Positions 41,215-55,121 of a DNA stretch of 64,000 bases are shown one piece after another (within the stretch, counting starts at the first letter, position 1; every line of letters begins with the position of its first letter). Location: NCBI GenBank assembly GCA_951406725.2, contig OX597815.1, forward strand, positions 102,362,001-102,426,000, read 5' to 3'. Origin of the DNA: Octopus vulgaris (lineage: Eukaryota). Below the pieces are notes generated by a model, which ran no database searches, was not told where the DNA came from, and worked only from the letters and a program-made list of their open reading frames with translations. Both the position numbers and the translations under genes were made by a program.

Positions 41215-41520
41215 TATTACCTCCGCCTTAGTGAAAGGAGATGTATTGTTTTCAGTCGTGTTTATTTGTCCGTGGACAAGATATCTCAAGAACCGCTGGA
41301 TGGATTCGGATGAAAATTTCAGGGATGTTTGGCTTCGTGACTGACACGAACTGATTAGATTTTGGGATCGATGCGGTACCGGACAAGGATTCTGGATTAT
41401 TTTTCCGTTTTTTTTTTACTCAATTTTTGAGGGCGATCGGCTTCATTATTAGTATTCTCATTTGTGAGAGCAGTCGAATTTATTTCAGATATTCTCATTT
41501 TAAAAATCATCTCTGGTTTT
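41215..41520 (+). mobile_element. Helentron-associated (HINE/DINE-1-like) non-autonomous element, 5' part
   Basis: ttattacctccgcc...ggagatgtattgttttcagtcgtgtttatttgtccgt...atctcaagaaccgctggatggattcggatgaaa, a typical HINE 5' organisation. Confidence 0.65.
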
Positions 41521-41750
41521 TTAATATTTTTAGTTTAATTTCTAATATTTTTCGACATCTCACCTGCAAACTTCACCTGATCTCTATCCACATCCCTATT
41601 TTATTATTGTTTCCTACACAAAAGCCTTCAGCTGGCAGAGCCGTTAGCACGTCGGACAAAACGCTTTCGATAAAATAAAGTGCCAGTGAAACATTGGGCT
41701 CAATATAATAGACTTACCCCTTCCACAATATAGCTGGTCTTGTACCAAAA

Positions 41751-41799
<49 letters not shown>

Positions 41800-42320
41800 G
41801 CAAGACTAATACATGCCATTAAATATACAAAGCCCAATGCACCTACCATAACTACCCAACTAATAAGAATACACCAGGCGCATGCATCACAAACATATTT
41901 GCTCGACATAGTGATCCTAGATCAAGATAAACTGCGCATGATCCTGCAGGTGGGGCTCAGAATGTTCTTCAGTCCGAGCAGCCCGTCCTGCTCAAGAGGT
42001 CCCCGAATAAGGTGTTATTTTAGGATAATTAACGAAATACCATTGCTTCCAGGGGCAAATTAAGAAAATCCCAAAGAATCCCTCTCAGCGCATGGCTATG
42101 ATGCTCTCCCACTACTTCTATTTGTAATCAGAGACGTCCATATCCACTACTAAAGGACATGATCAGCTGGTCAAGCAACTGTCAAGCAAATTTGTGTTAT
42201 TGAGTAGAATATTTGCTGAAGCCCATCTTTTACACTAAAACAAAATATGTACATGGTAACACTTCTAATCAGTTAAGACCAGAAGCCATGAGAGCTACTG
42301 TCTCGTATTGCACCAAGGCA
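41800..42320 (-). mobile_element. TAA-associated ~550-bp element (copy 2, near full length, diverged)
   Basis: Reverse complement of 1591-2140; (TTA)n on both sides. Confidence 0.85.
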
Positions 42321-42334
42321 TTTATTTATTTATC

Positions 42335-42335
<1 letters not shown>

Positions 42336-42403
<68 letters not shown>

Positions 42404-42428
42404 ATCATCAATATTATTATTATTATTA

Positions 42429-42499
<71 letters not shown>

Positions 42500-42519
42500 T
42501 ATTATTGTTATTATTATTA

Positions 42520-42588
<69 letters not shown>

Positions 42589-42613
42589 ATCATCAATATT
42601 ATTATTATTATTA

Positions 42614-42666
<53 letters not shown>

Positions 42667-42686
42667 TATTATTGTTATTATTATTA

Positions 42687-42777
<91 letters not shown>

Positions 42778-42779
42778 TA
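42336..42779 (-). repeat. (TTA)n tract with a duplicated ~185-bp interruption pattern
   Basis: tacatcatcaatatt...tactattattattgtt occurs at ~42402 and ~42587. Confidence 0.93.
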
Positions 42780-43320
42780 TGGTTTCCTTTCATTATAACT
42801 TTATTTCAGCTGCCTTAGTACCGGGCATCCTCCTGAGGCCAAGAGTAGCAAGGGCACTTTTGTTTTGCTATGCATGCTAAAATTATTACCATTTATTCCA
42901 TTTTAGATGGAGAGTGCTTCCCGTAGTATATGGGTTGTACTCATCAAAGTTATCTTTTGTAGTTCACGGAGATTGGAGTAACCAGGGAGTTGCTTAATAT
43001 ACTTCTTAGCTCCCTTCTTTATAATCCCCAACGCACTAATTACTACTGGTATTATCCTAGTACTAAGCATACACATTTTTGTGATTTAAATTTGCAGTTT
43101 TTTTGTATTCCTTTCTTAAGAATTTTGATCTTGTGGGAGAGGCATATCTATTAACAGACAAGTTCTTCTGTAGTAGTCCTTGATCACAATGTCTGATCAA
43201 TTGGAGTCAATTTTTCTATCTGTTTGTATTGGGAAGTTCCAAAGAATGCTGACGCCCTCGCCATTTACTACATCTTCTGGATGGTTGGTGCCTGTACCAT
43301 GTCTTATGAGGTACTCCTTT
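42780..43320 (-). mobile_element. 5'-truncated R4/Dong-like LINE, 3' end abutting (TAA)n
   Basis: Minus strand: ILWNFPIQTDRKIDSN*SDIVIKD..TCLLIDM, IIPVVISALGIIKKG, LQKITLMSTTHILREALSI*. Confidence 0.88.
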
Positions 43321-44009
43321 TCAGCGAAGAAATAGCTAAGGTTCTTTGGTTGCTATTTCTAACGTTCGGTACGTGGTAAAGCAAATCTTTGCTAATTATA
43401 ATTATACTCATAATTATAAAATATTGCGTGCGTGTATATTATTATATAGTCGCATCAGATGATCCTGTCTCCTCTCATCACCCACGCACTTTCTCTCCTC
43501 GTTTCTTTCTGTGTTCCTTTCTGTGGAAGAGCGTAGGAAATTTTCACAAACAATTGTAGTTATTAAAGTTTTTTTTTAAAATTTTCTAATGATGATCGTT
43601 TTTGTATTCAGCCAGAGGAACCTGTAGTGTTCTTGTACTAAAAGGATGTTCACATTTTCGAATATTCAGGAAAGGACAGGCATTCACAGAAAGTTGTAGG
43701 TATCAAATTTTCAAAGTTTTTAAAGATGATTATTTGTGTGTTCGGCCAGAGAAAATTGTGGATATGCGAGATTTTCAACTTGTTTTGAAGGAAATTAAAA
43801 ATATTCACAAGAAATTATAAATATTTTCAACTTGTTTTAAAGGAAATTTTATATACTGACAAGAAATTGTAGATATTCTAGCTTGTTTTTTAGTTATTTT
43901 TTAGTTGCTCTGCTGGGTTGTATTTAGTGTTTCTTTGTCTTTGCTCAGAGCAGCGAAGAATACGTCCAGTCACTAAGGCTGCGATGTCGCTAAGGCTACA
44001 CTACCGCTA

Positions 44010-44144
44010 CTCTTCTTCTTCTTCTTCTTCTTCTTCTTCTTCTTCTTCTTCTTCTTCTTCTTCTTCTTCTTCTTCTTCTTCTTCTTCTTCTTCTTCTTCT
44101 TCTTCTTCTTCTTCTTCTTCTTCTTCTTCTTCTTCTTCTTCTTC
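44010..44144. repeat. (CTT)n microsatellite
   Basis: Read directly. Confidence 0.97.
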
Positions 44145-44268
44145 TCACAAGGTTTTGGTCGGCGCGAGGCTATAGTAGAAGACATTTGCCCAAGGTGCCA
44201 CGCAGTGGGACTGAACCCGGAACCATGTGGCTGGTAAGCAAGCTACTTACCACACATCCACTTCTACG
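44145..44268 (-). mobile_element. SINE family A head
   Basis: cccaaggtgccacgcagtgggactgaacccggaaccatgtggctggtaagcaagctacttaccacac. Confidence 0.88.
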
Positions 44269-45390
44269 CTAAAATAAATACCTTTTGAACACTGGGTCAA
44301 TGTTATCGACTTCCCTCTCTCCAAATTGCTGGCTTTGTGACAAAATTTGAAATCATCGTTATTATTTTTATTACAACCAACTCCATTCCACTAAACGGTT
44401 CTCCCTATACAATTCATATAAGGTCCACATATTTACTTGTATCTTTTGAGGAGAAGAGCTTAGTAACATCAGGCCATGTTTTAAGGAAATAATAAATAAC
44501 ATGTATATGTGTGTGCGTTTATATGTTTGCATGTATGAATTTACGTACGTACGTACCTATGTATGTATATATGTATTATGTATACACACACATACACAAT
44601 GTTATGATAAAGAGTTTAACCGAATCTCCTGTTTTATTCTGCAATTCTGCTCTAGTGAATTTGTGTGTGTTAGTGTGTGAGTGTGTGTGTGTATATGTGT
44701 GTGTGTGAATTAATATCTATGTGTGTCTATGTATTTATGCACATTTTATTATCTAGATTTTATGATATTTGTATATAATATATTTATATTCATGTATGTG
44801 TGCACTTCTGCTTGTGCACTTATGTATTTGTGCAATGCGTGTTTATGCATATAGTCTTTCGATATATAAAGCAAATAGTATGAAATTAACCAGCCAGTTC
44901 AAATACAGCCCTGCAATTGATAAAAGCTTAACTGACTGGAACTCACACACAAACACCCGCTTGCACATTCACATACAGACATCTGCACACAAACAAACAA
45001 TTTTGCTTCAATTTCTATACGTTATTATGTCCATTTATGCTACACCTTTGCATACCTGCAATGCAACAACATGTTTTTCTATAGAATTACTCGTCTGGTT
45101 TCCTCCCATACAAGTTCCATTTTCTTCTTCACTTCATCTACTGCTTTTACATTCAAACGAACGAACACACAAATGAGAGAATAACGTTTTAATGTCTATG
45201 TCCTTTAGAAGAATGATTCCATCCTGTTAGTTAAGTTTATAAATTATATTTGTCATATCTGAAATATATATCTACTATTCACTGACTATAGTATCCCAGC
45301 ATGATCACAGTCATATAGGCGGAACCGATATATAGTTAAAAGAGAACTGTATATTGAAACAGTATATAATTAACTTAAAGTAAGCATAAT

Positions 45391-45515
45391 AAGGCGGCAG
45401 GTCGATAGAGTTTTAGAACGTTAGTAGTATGCACCAGTATATTTTCATCGAATTTGCTCTCTGAGTTCAAATCCTGTGAAAGTCAACTTTACCTTTCATC
45501 CTTTCGGTGTTGATA
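45391..45515 (+). mobile_element. SINE family B, degraded
   Basis: ctgagttcaaatcctgtgaaagtcaactttacctttcatcctttcggtgttgat. Confidence 0.7.
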
Positions 45516-45924
45516 TATATAAGGAATAATGCAAGGCGGTAGATTTCTTGAACTGTTAGAGAGTCGGACGAGAAATTTTGAGGAACTTTTCCTACCTTTT
45601 ACTTTCAGAGAGTAATACCACAGACAACACTAATGCCGTATTATTTGAATCCTGAACCAATAGCCTTTCCCATGGAAACACCTGCAATGGAAATTTGATG
45701 CATGGGCAATTATCCATGCTCAGGTGTGCGCATACAGATGTTGATGCACGGTCAACCATGATTAACAGCAACCCCATAAGTGCAGGAATATCTTTAGAGC
45801 TACTAATACTTTGTGTGTGCACGTTCAAGCCTTATAGTAGCATGCATTTAAGGAACAGTAGTAGTATTTGCATGATGCAATCGTTTGGAGATCTGTCAAC
45901 GGCTACTTGACCGATATAACAACG

Positions 45925-46592
45925 AGCTTTTGTTTTTGGAGAGAATAGTCACATGAGATAAGACCTAGATCCATCACTTTGAGCCAGAATCCAAAAAGCA
46001 GAGTATGGAGTGGAAACAGCCGGAATCGTCAGTGAAAAAGTAATTCAACACGCAACCTTCTGCAGAAAAAAGGGATTTTAAACGGTTATTTTCTTTTTGA
46101 GTGAAAAAGTGGGATACAAAAGGGCCTATACTGGAACATTACCTGAAAAATGAATCTACAGTCACAATGAAATGCTAACCAACAAAATGAAACCAGAAAT
46201 CTGCACCAAACGTCGAGATCTATTATCAAAGCAAGTCTTATTGTTGCATGACAATGCACGCACACTTGCTGCCGTTCACACAGTCGAAACCACTGAAAAA
46301 ATTATGTTTTGAGTTGCTGGAACGTCTTGCCTAGAGTGCCAATCTTGTACCTTCCAACTATCACCATTTGGATATCTCAGACATCCTTTATGAGATCGTT
46401 GATTTGCAACGGACGAAGGAGTGCAGAAAGCGGTGCATGAATGCCTGTGTGACCAGCTGAAAATCATCTTGTAGGCTTCTGACAGAATTGCATCGAAAAA
46501 CAAGGTGAAAAATGATACAGTTCAACCCTTGCTTTTGTTTTAATAAATTACTGAAACAACATGAGTGTATGTAATTTATGACTTATCCTCAT
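45925..46592 (+). mobile_element. Mariner 3' fragment of another subfamily
   Basis: FLERIVT*DKT*IHHFEPESKKQSMEWKQ, TQPSA, LLLHDNAR. Confidence 0.85.
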
Positions 46593-46609
46593 GTACATAT
46601 ATATATATT

Positions 46610-47330
46610 AATCAGCTTCAGCTCAAAGCTGTGGCCCTGTTGGGGCACCGCCGTTTTGAAATAAATGTTATTATTGAGAGCCTCCTCTAATATGTGGCAT
46701 TTCGGGAAAAAAGAAGTTTGTTGTCGCTGCCCTCATTTGCACCACCTGCCGCGAGGTAGGTTTATCTGGGGCTCTCGACAGGAAAAAATAAATTCAGTTT
46801 TGCTTTGGAAACATCTACTTCCACTTTGTTTAAGTCTCTCAGGCTCTGTGGGAGAATATTAAAATGCTGTGGGCGCTTGGAACATAAAGCGCGACGGCAT
46901 TGTTGGAATCTTTGGCACTGTGCAGTGGAGACCCATTCTGGCATTTATGTAGATTTCAATGCCAAAATTTGGCACAGTCCCTTCCATGTTCTTCCTGATG
47001 TATATTATTGCATATCTCTTCCAACTTCACTATATGTATATCTTCATGTAATATAAGCTTAGACATTTAAATGGATAGTGATTTTCTAAGGATTTGGGTA
47101 GTACTTGTTAGTACAATCTTTTGGATTGCTCTGAGATATGGTTCTCCTGGGATCTTATCTAGCTGTTTCTAATATCTCCTTTTTAATCATACTTAGGGCA
47201 ACTACAATAACAATAACAGTTCTCGCTTTAAGATGTCATATCTTTTGCATTTCAATTTTCAGATCCTTATATTTACTTACTTTGTCAAATTCCTTTATTC
47301 ACCAATCCAGTAGAGGAATGGTTCTCTGAT
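46610..47330 (-). mobile_element. 3' end of the CR1-group LINE family also seen at 58030-61706; 5' boundary approximate
   Basis: 46610-46710 matches the reverse complement of 61615-61706; RPQHFNILPQSLRDL motif. Confidence 0.8.
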
Positions 47331-47650
47331 AAGCTACGGAAATCCATGCAGCGACGTGGTATTTACGCTACAAATATATTGAGCCAAAATGTTGCATTGT
47401 TTTAGTATCTACTGTATTACCTTAAATGCGTCACTATTTAATCTTTTGTTGTTTTAGCCTAAACCCAAGTCAGACTTGTTTGATTAGATATTTCATATTT
47501 TTGGTATCGTCACTTAACAGGTGAATGATCTGTTGAAAGTTACAGGTTGAAAGTTACACTTTAGGGGACAGAAAGCTGGCTTGTTATTGTTGCATATATC
47601 CAATACGGGTCTATATTTCGGAACATGATAATTTTCATTGATTTTATGTA

Positions 47651-48887
47651 TTAGGTTGTCAAGAAAGTTCTTGCGGAATTTTAAATTTTGGTTTTAAATT
47701 ATGTATTTTCAAATTAATTTTCGTTAAATTATTTTGATCTTATGTATCATATTAAGCCCACGTTTCGCCACTCTACCTAATCGTGTTACTCCTTTTCTGT
47801 TTGAATAATTAGGCCATTTTTCTTGAACGTTGAATGCAGAATGGACAAAAAGCAAATTCGCACAATTTTCTTATTCCTGTTCAAGCTAGGCCGAAAAGCT
47901 GCTGAAACAGCTTGCGATATCAACGATGCGTCTGGCCTAGGAACCACTAATGAACGTACAGCACAATGGTGGTTCAAGAAATTTCATAGCGGTGACGAGA
48001 GTCTTGAAGATGATAAGCGTAGTGGTCGGCCATCGGTTGTTGACAACGATCAACTAAGAGCCTTATTCGAAGCCAATCCACGCACAACTGTTCGAGAGCT
48101 TGCTTCTGAATTAGACGTAATGTATACGAAATTGGAAAAACAAAAGTCCTTGAAAAATGGGTGCCGTACGAATTGAACGACAAAAAAAAAATGGCCGTTT
48201 TCCCTTCTTTTACGCAACAAGAACGACCCGTTTCTCGACCGAATTGTGACTTGCGATGAAAAGTGGAATCTTTATGACAACCGACGACGCTCAGCTCAGT
48301 GATTGGACGCCGACGAAGCTCCACGGCACTTCTCGAAGCCAAAGTTGCACCAAAAGAAAGTCATGGTGACTGTTTGGCGGTCTGCGGCCAGTCTTAGCCA
48401 TCACAGATTTTGGGATCCAGGGGAAATCATTACGGCGGAGATGTACTGTCAGCAAATGGATGAAATGCATACGAAACTCCGACAACAACAGCCAGCATTG
48501 GACCAATTCTTATCCACGACGACTCTGGCCTGCACGTCGCGCAACTGACCCTGCAGAAGTTGAACGAATTGGGCTACGAAACTGCCTCATCTGCCATATT
48601 TACCAGACCTGTCGCCCACCGACTACCACTTTTTCAAGCATCTCGACAACTTCCTGCGAGAGAAATGCTTCAAAAAACCAAGACGATACCAAACACACCT
48701 TCAACGACTTCATCGCCACCAGAATGCAGCATTTTTACCCTACTAGCATAAATAAACGTGTTTCGCGTTGGCAAAAGTGTGTTGATTCTGATGGCGTTTA
48801 TTTCAATTAATAAAGTTTTGTTTGAGCCGAGACATGTGCATCTGAATTTAAAGATTAAAAACCGCAAGAACTTTCTTGACAACCTAA
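47651..48887 (+). mobile_element. Near full-length Hsmar1-like (cecropia subfamily) mariner with perfect 26-bp TIRs and TA flanks; transposase frameshifted
   Basis: TIR ttaggttgtcaagaaagttcttgcgg / ccgcaagaactttcttgacaacctaa; MDKKQIRTIFLFLFKLGRKAAETA, RSGRP, WVPYEL, TCDEKW, LHQKKVMVTVW, PDLSPTDYHFFKHLDNFL. Confidence 0.96.
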
Positions 48888-49252
48888 TATTTTTTCTGTA
48901 TATAAAAGAGAGGTATATATTTTCCGTTCTATAATTTGCCGGTCGGTCTCTGCCACTACCGCCGCACATAAATCAACGATGATTCATTTTTAGACGTTAT
49001 TCACACGCATATACTTAAATACACATTCGCACGAATGCACTCAGACGCACGTCCCACCTTCCCCATACAAAGTGGTAGACAGACACACGTACAGCCAGCT
49101 GTATATAATAACAGGAGACTATTCATTAAATTCAATAAATTTCACACGATATACTAAATTAAGATATAAAGTCATTTATCACCTGAGTCATGTTGTATAA
49201 TTATTTATAATCTGATATTTTAAAATCATTATTTCTCTAAATCTACCACGAG

Positions 49253-49483
<231 letters not shown>

Positions 49484-49484
<1 letters not shown>

Positions 49485-49646
49485 ATCCTTTTTAAAATAG
49501 GCACAAGTCATGAAATTCTGGGGCAAGGGGATAGTCGATAAGTTCGACCCCAGTGTTTCACTGGTACTTAATTTATCGACCCCGAAAAAATAAAAGGCAA
49601 AGTCGACCTCGGCGGAATTTGAGCTCAGAACGGGAAGACGGATGAA
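49484..49646 (-). mobile_element. SINE family B, 5'-truncated
   Basis: ctggtacttaatttatcgaccccg...aggcaaagtcgacctcggcggaatttgagctc. Confidence 0.85.
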
Positions 49647-49656
49647 ATAATAATAA

Positions 49657-50098
49657 TTGCTCAATACCACAGATTTGCTTGTTAGTGGTTTGACCTTAAC
49701 CAGTTGACCACGTCCTTTAGTGGCTGATGATATGTGCATATCTGATCACGAGCAGTAGTGGGGGAGCATCATAACCATGTGTAGAGGGGAATTCTTTGGG
49801 GTCTGGATAATTCACCTCTGGAAACATAAGTATTTCGCTCAACATCCTTAAACAACCTATATTCAGAAACCTTTTGAGCGGGATGGTCTACTCGACCTGA
49901 AGAAACTTCTAACTCATCCCCACCTGCAAGGTCATGCGCTGTGTATCTTGATATGAGACCACCATGTGACGCACATATGATTGTGCTGCATGTGCCTAGT
50001 GTATCCTTATCAGACAGGTAGTCATGATTGGTATACTGGAGTTCGTATATTTTATCCTAGTGTCACTTTGATAAGCATGCATTGCTCTCTCTCTTAAT
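49657..50098 (+). mobile_element. TAA-associated element (copy 3, 5'-truncated)
   Basis: Matches ~1698-2140; preceded by taataataa and followed by (TAA)n. Confidence 0.87.
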
Positions 50099-50102
50099 GA
50101 TA

Positions 50103-50169
<67 letters not shown>

Positions 50170-50173
50170 TGAA

Positions 50174-50221
<48 letters not shown>

Positions 50222-50222
<1 letters not shown>

Positions 50223-50412
50223 CGAGCCAGCAGAATTGTTTGCACGCCGTGGTGGCATTTCGTCCGTATTTACGTTCTGAGTTCAACTACCGTTGAGATC
50301 GACCTTGTCTATTATCTTTTCAGGATCGACAAAATAAATATCAGTTGAACACTGGTACACATAATCGACTTACTCGCTCTACCGAACTTGCTGGGCTTGG
50401 GCAAATTTTGAA
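50222..50412 (+). mobile_element. SINE family B, degraded
   Basis: gcgagccagcagaattg...tacgttctgagttcaact...gatcgacc. Confidence 0.7.
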
Positions 50413-50413
50413 T

Positions 50414-50414
<1 letters not shown>

Positions 50415-50468
<54 letters not shown>

Positions 50469-50472
50469 CACC

Positions 50473-50529
<57 letters not shown>

Positions 50530-50542
50530 GCTGCTACTACTG

Positions 50543-50573
<31 letters not shown>

Positions 50574-50607
50574 CACCACCACCACCACCACTACCACTAC
50601 CACCACC

Positions 50608-50676
<69 letters not shown>

Positions 50677-50677
50677 G

Positions 50678-50716
<39 letters not shown>

Positions 50717-50760
50717 TCATTATTATTATTAACATCATCATCATTATTATTATTATTATT
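50415..50760. repeat. Compound (ACT)(ACC)(TTA) microsatellite
   Basis: Read directly. Confidence 0.95.
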
Positions 50761-50982
50761 GAGTGAGATAGCAGTTCATGCCATCGAAGTGATACTGGGC
50801 TAAAATATACGAAGCCCATTATACTCCTCATGACTACCCATCTGATAAGGGTACACCAGGCACATGCATCACAACCATATGTGCGCGACATGGTGATTTC
50901 ATATCAAGATAAACAGCGCATGACCTTGCAGGTAGGGCCCAGTTAGAATTTTCTTCTGGCCGAGTAGCCCATCCTGCCCATC

Positions 50983-50983
<1 letters not shown>
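50761..50983 (-). mobile_element. TAA-associated element (copy 4, 3' ~220 bp)
   Basis: Reverse complement of ~1920-2140; (TTA)n on both sides. Confidence 0.87.
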
Positions 50984-51045
<62 letters not shown>

Positions 51046-52172
51046 CATCATCATCACTCTTATTTCTATGGTGCGGGGGATAAATATAAGGCTCGGAGGA
51101 TGAAGAAAAGACTTGTAGCATAAGGTTATATTTATTTTAAGGCTTGCGTTTATACACCGCTTTGTCTATCATTCTTCCGATGTTGATAAAAATAAAGGAC
51201 CCGTGAAGTATCGCAGTCTATATAATGAACTCCTACGTAATCTGTATCCTTATTTTGTTATTTAATATTTCAGTTGGTGAACAACTGCGACGTTGGTTAC
51301 AGGCTTGCAATCTGCTCACAAGATTTTGAATGACAACGGTAAAAAGGAACTAAAATATCGCAAATATCTTTCGGATGGCATAATTCGCTGTTTTTTTTTT
51401 TTAAATCGGTGATGTTTATATCCTTTGCCGAAATACATCAGAAAACGCTACATACATATCTGGCGTTTAATTAAATTAGAGTGGCACAGGAGTCTATTCA
51501 CTGATTCTTCCGTGTGATAAATACTTTCCTCTGAATTGTCATTAATACCAACATCGTGTGAAAGAAATCTTACTAAATAAATGCAAAAGGAATTGCTTAT
51601 TTATTTAAAAACTTCAAGGCAGTAATCAAGCCGTGTTATTATACTGATATGTGGATTCATACTACATGAAACTTGGCAAAATGGAAAACCAGGGTCGGTT
51701 ATTACAGGTCGCGAAACTTCCAAGAGAAATTTCAGTGCATTTCTGAATTGAATCAAAACATAAATCTACTTCATAAAGACGTGAAAGAAGATATCTCGAT
51801 AGATTACATGAAGTGAGTGCGATATAAATATCTCGACTCGCAATTTGATATGAAGCAATTACACCGGCAAGTTATGATCATTGAGTAGAAATATGTTTAT
51901 TTAACAAAATTAGCAATCCTCCAAGCTCAGCAAATAACAACATTGGCGGCCTAGTTTGTTGGAGATATTTCCTAACATGATTTACGACCAAATCGACAAG
52001 GATAACAATAACACTTACTTGTATTACAGAACCAAAGTCTACCTTTCTTTGTGCACGTGACATTGCTTTAGCTCCAGGTTGCTAAATGTATGTATGTATG
52101 TATGTATGTATGTATGTATGTATGTATGTATGTATGTATGTATGTATGTATGTATGCATGCACGCATGCATG

Positions 52173-52212
<40 letters not shown>

Positions 52213-52373
52213 TGCATAGATACACACACGCATGTATATATGTCTATACATATGCACACCTATAAGCATATATATATATAGATGTATATATGTCTATACA
52301 TATGCACACCTATAAGCATATACATATTTATATATACATAGTTATACTCACTAACACACGCACACACTCATAT

Positions 52374-52409
<36 letters not shown>

Positions 52410-53739
52410 TCACACACACACATACATACATACATATATATATATAGGAGTGAAATTTTGTACGGGACTGGATGTTCATTACAGTCTGATATATACCAAA
52501 GTTGTAGGCGAAGTAAACCAGCATTCTCTACAGGCTGGCCTGGTGAGGACGATTGCTAGAAACTCAGCAGACCGAAAGCAAGTCGTGTCACAAAGCCAGG
52601 TGAATTCAGTGTAGGGACAATGGGTGTCAGGAGCTTATAAACACTCAAGTTTGTGAAGGCAGCTTGTCTAAGAGAAGGTTGCTCCAAATAAATTCAGGTA
52701 GGATTAGCCAGCAATAATTTTGATTTGTAACCATTTGTAATACCCAATTACCTTAGAATTTGTGCTTTGTTAATGCATTGTATAGCCGTACATTTTTCCT
52801 TATTTATTAAAGTGATATGGTGAGAATCATGGCACTTATGTGAGTCGAAGTCGTATAAGTAAGAGCGTGTTTGATTGAGTGCAGGAGATGAGAAATCGCA
52901 GGAAGTCGAAAGGTGTCGTTCGTGAGTTCGTGGAATCGCAGGAAATTGTTGAGAAGTTGTTATAGCTCGTTGAGAGTTGTTTTGGATTGGTTACAGTTGT
53001 TGGCAGTGTATTTGGGAATACATCAAGTGGAGACAGTTGGTGTCTACCCCGTTCCGTGATACTATATATCGCTCTGTATTAGTTAGTGCACGACACTAAG
53101 ATGGCATATACAGAAGTCGCGTTATAAAATAAAGATAGCTTGGATCATACTCATCACAAGCGCTGTATGTTAACATAGCCATTTTGTGTTCATTTATTTA
53201 AAAATTACTGGAATGATTTTGAGAAATGCATTCTTTTATATATTGTTTATTGTTATGAATATTGTTTATTCTTATGAATCTTAGTAGAGAAATACGTAGA
53301 TAGTAGTAAGTTTAAAGCACAAACATGCAATCAAATTTTTGAAATGTATAATTCAAGGTAATGTAAATAGCATAAAAGTGTTTGTGAGACTCCAATTCGC
53401 GAGTTTCGTTTAGCGGCAGTTCTGAAAACAAGTAACGTGTCAGAGATTGTTATCAACAGTTTGTCAAAACGCACATACCCGATTTTGTGATAGGCTGTTG
53501 AAATGTAAGGCCCTTCATTGATTGCGAGATATCTGCCGAAAGAAAAACTACTTTACTTTCTCTCAAACTTGCTGATTACAAGAAAAATTTTTAAATAAAA
53601 AATTTAGAAATATTTCAGAAGTATGAAAGTAAGTTAAGGACCCAGCGTGCCTTTGTCCTTCCTAAAACGTAAGGCAAATTTACTTCAAGAACTTTATTTC
53701 CTCATTTAATTTTGTGTATTCTCTTTATGGCTAACATGA

Positions 53740-54480
53740 GCAAAACACTCATTAAAATTTCAAATAACAGCTTTCAAAGATGGCGAGGTTTGTTAAATTG
53801 CTAGTAAATTCAGTAAAGAAACCCGAAAGAGAAAGTTTGGTACTGCTAGTATTTTAGCAGAACTACTAACATAGGATAACGAATTTTCTGTATTATCCTA
53901 TATAATCTTCTGAAAGAGATTCTCACTGATAGTAAAAGAAAAATACTGCAATCACTTCTATGGTTATTTCCGAAGCATTTCTATCCTCAGAGTTATGAAG
54001 TAAATATTGAGCAAAATTATTCTTGTCAGTCTCATTAAACATGTGTTATCTTCTCGTCCGTGTGCCAATCAGGTTTTCGCGCTAGATAAGTAACACGTTC
54101 CTGGCTGTGTTCAACTCGTTAGCTAGCACAGATACCTTCTGTAATCATTGATCACCCCGAGTCTTTTGATTCGGTGAATCAAGATGTGCTATCGGCAGTT
54201 CTTAAAGAAGTTGGTTTCCCTGATGAATTTATATTACCAAATCATTTCATGATGATATAAGAGTAAGTAATATAATTAGGAGAGACTGCTCTGACTCAGT
54301 TTCGATTTGTGGTAGTGTAAAACAAGATAATCTAACTGTACACACTCTACTTGCCTTATTTCTTTGCAGTCGCTTTCAAAGATTGCTCTAAGGATATTTG
54401 TATACTGCAGCACATAACTGATATGGTACTCAACCTTAAATGGTTTAATTATAAACGCATCTCTTATCTCTGATGGGATA
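53740..54480 (+). pseudogene. Old RTE-clade reverse transcriptase remnant
   Basis: FRSISILRV, QSGFRA, SFDSVNQDVLSAVLKEVGFPDEF, SFHDD, SVKQ; resembles RTE/BovB RT. Confidence 0.55.
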
Positions 54481-55121
54481 TATTTTGGAATACTGATTTT
54501 TCTGGGTCACATATGAAAAATACATTCAAACGCTTTTCGATAAAATTCTAATGCCATGTAACATGATAAATCTCACAATAAAACTTGATAAACTGTTCAT
54601 TATCAGTCTTATTCTCCAGAGACTCATGCAAATCTTAGAATGAAAGCACGTATATATTTGAATATTTACATTTTGCTCAGAGATAAGGAAATGACCAGGT
54701 TTGTTTTGGTACCCAGTTAACAATTTGGAGAAGGGAATACTCTAAAACTGAACCTCTACTGGTTTGTAGGTATCCTTTTATTGGATAAATTTAAGAGAAG
54801 ACTCTCTGATATAAAATCAGCGGAGGAGATAGCTTTTTCTTCTTAATTGCTACTATTAATGCTTAGAGAGTGATATACATGTTACACAAATGCATATCAC
54901 TATCTGATGAAGAGCAGATGTTCCATGAGTTCATCTCGTTAATTTTTTTCTTTAGATTACCTGCGTGGTGTGTAATGAGATGGCTACCATCTGAAAATAT
55001 GACAGCAATCATTATGCATGTATGCATGCTTACACACTAGCGCGCGCACACACATAATTATGTGTGTGTGTGTAAATATATATTTACCTACATTCATACG
55101 TTATATGTCTGTATATGATGG

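Noticed and set aside
52810-53070. Possible solo LTR
   Set aside because: A TATA-like motif is present, but there are no clear TG...CA ends, TSD or second copy
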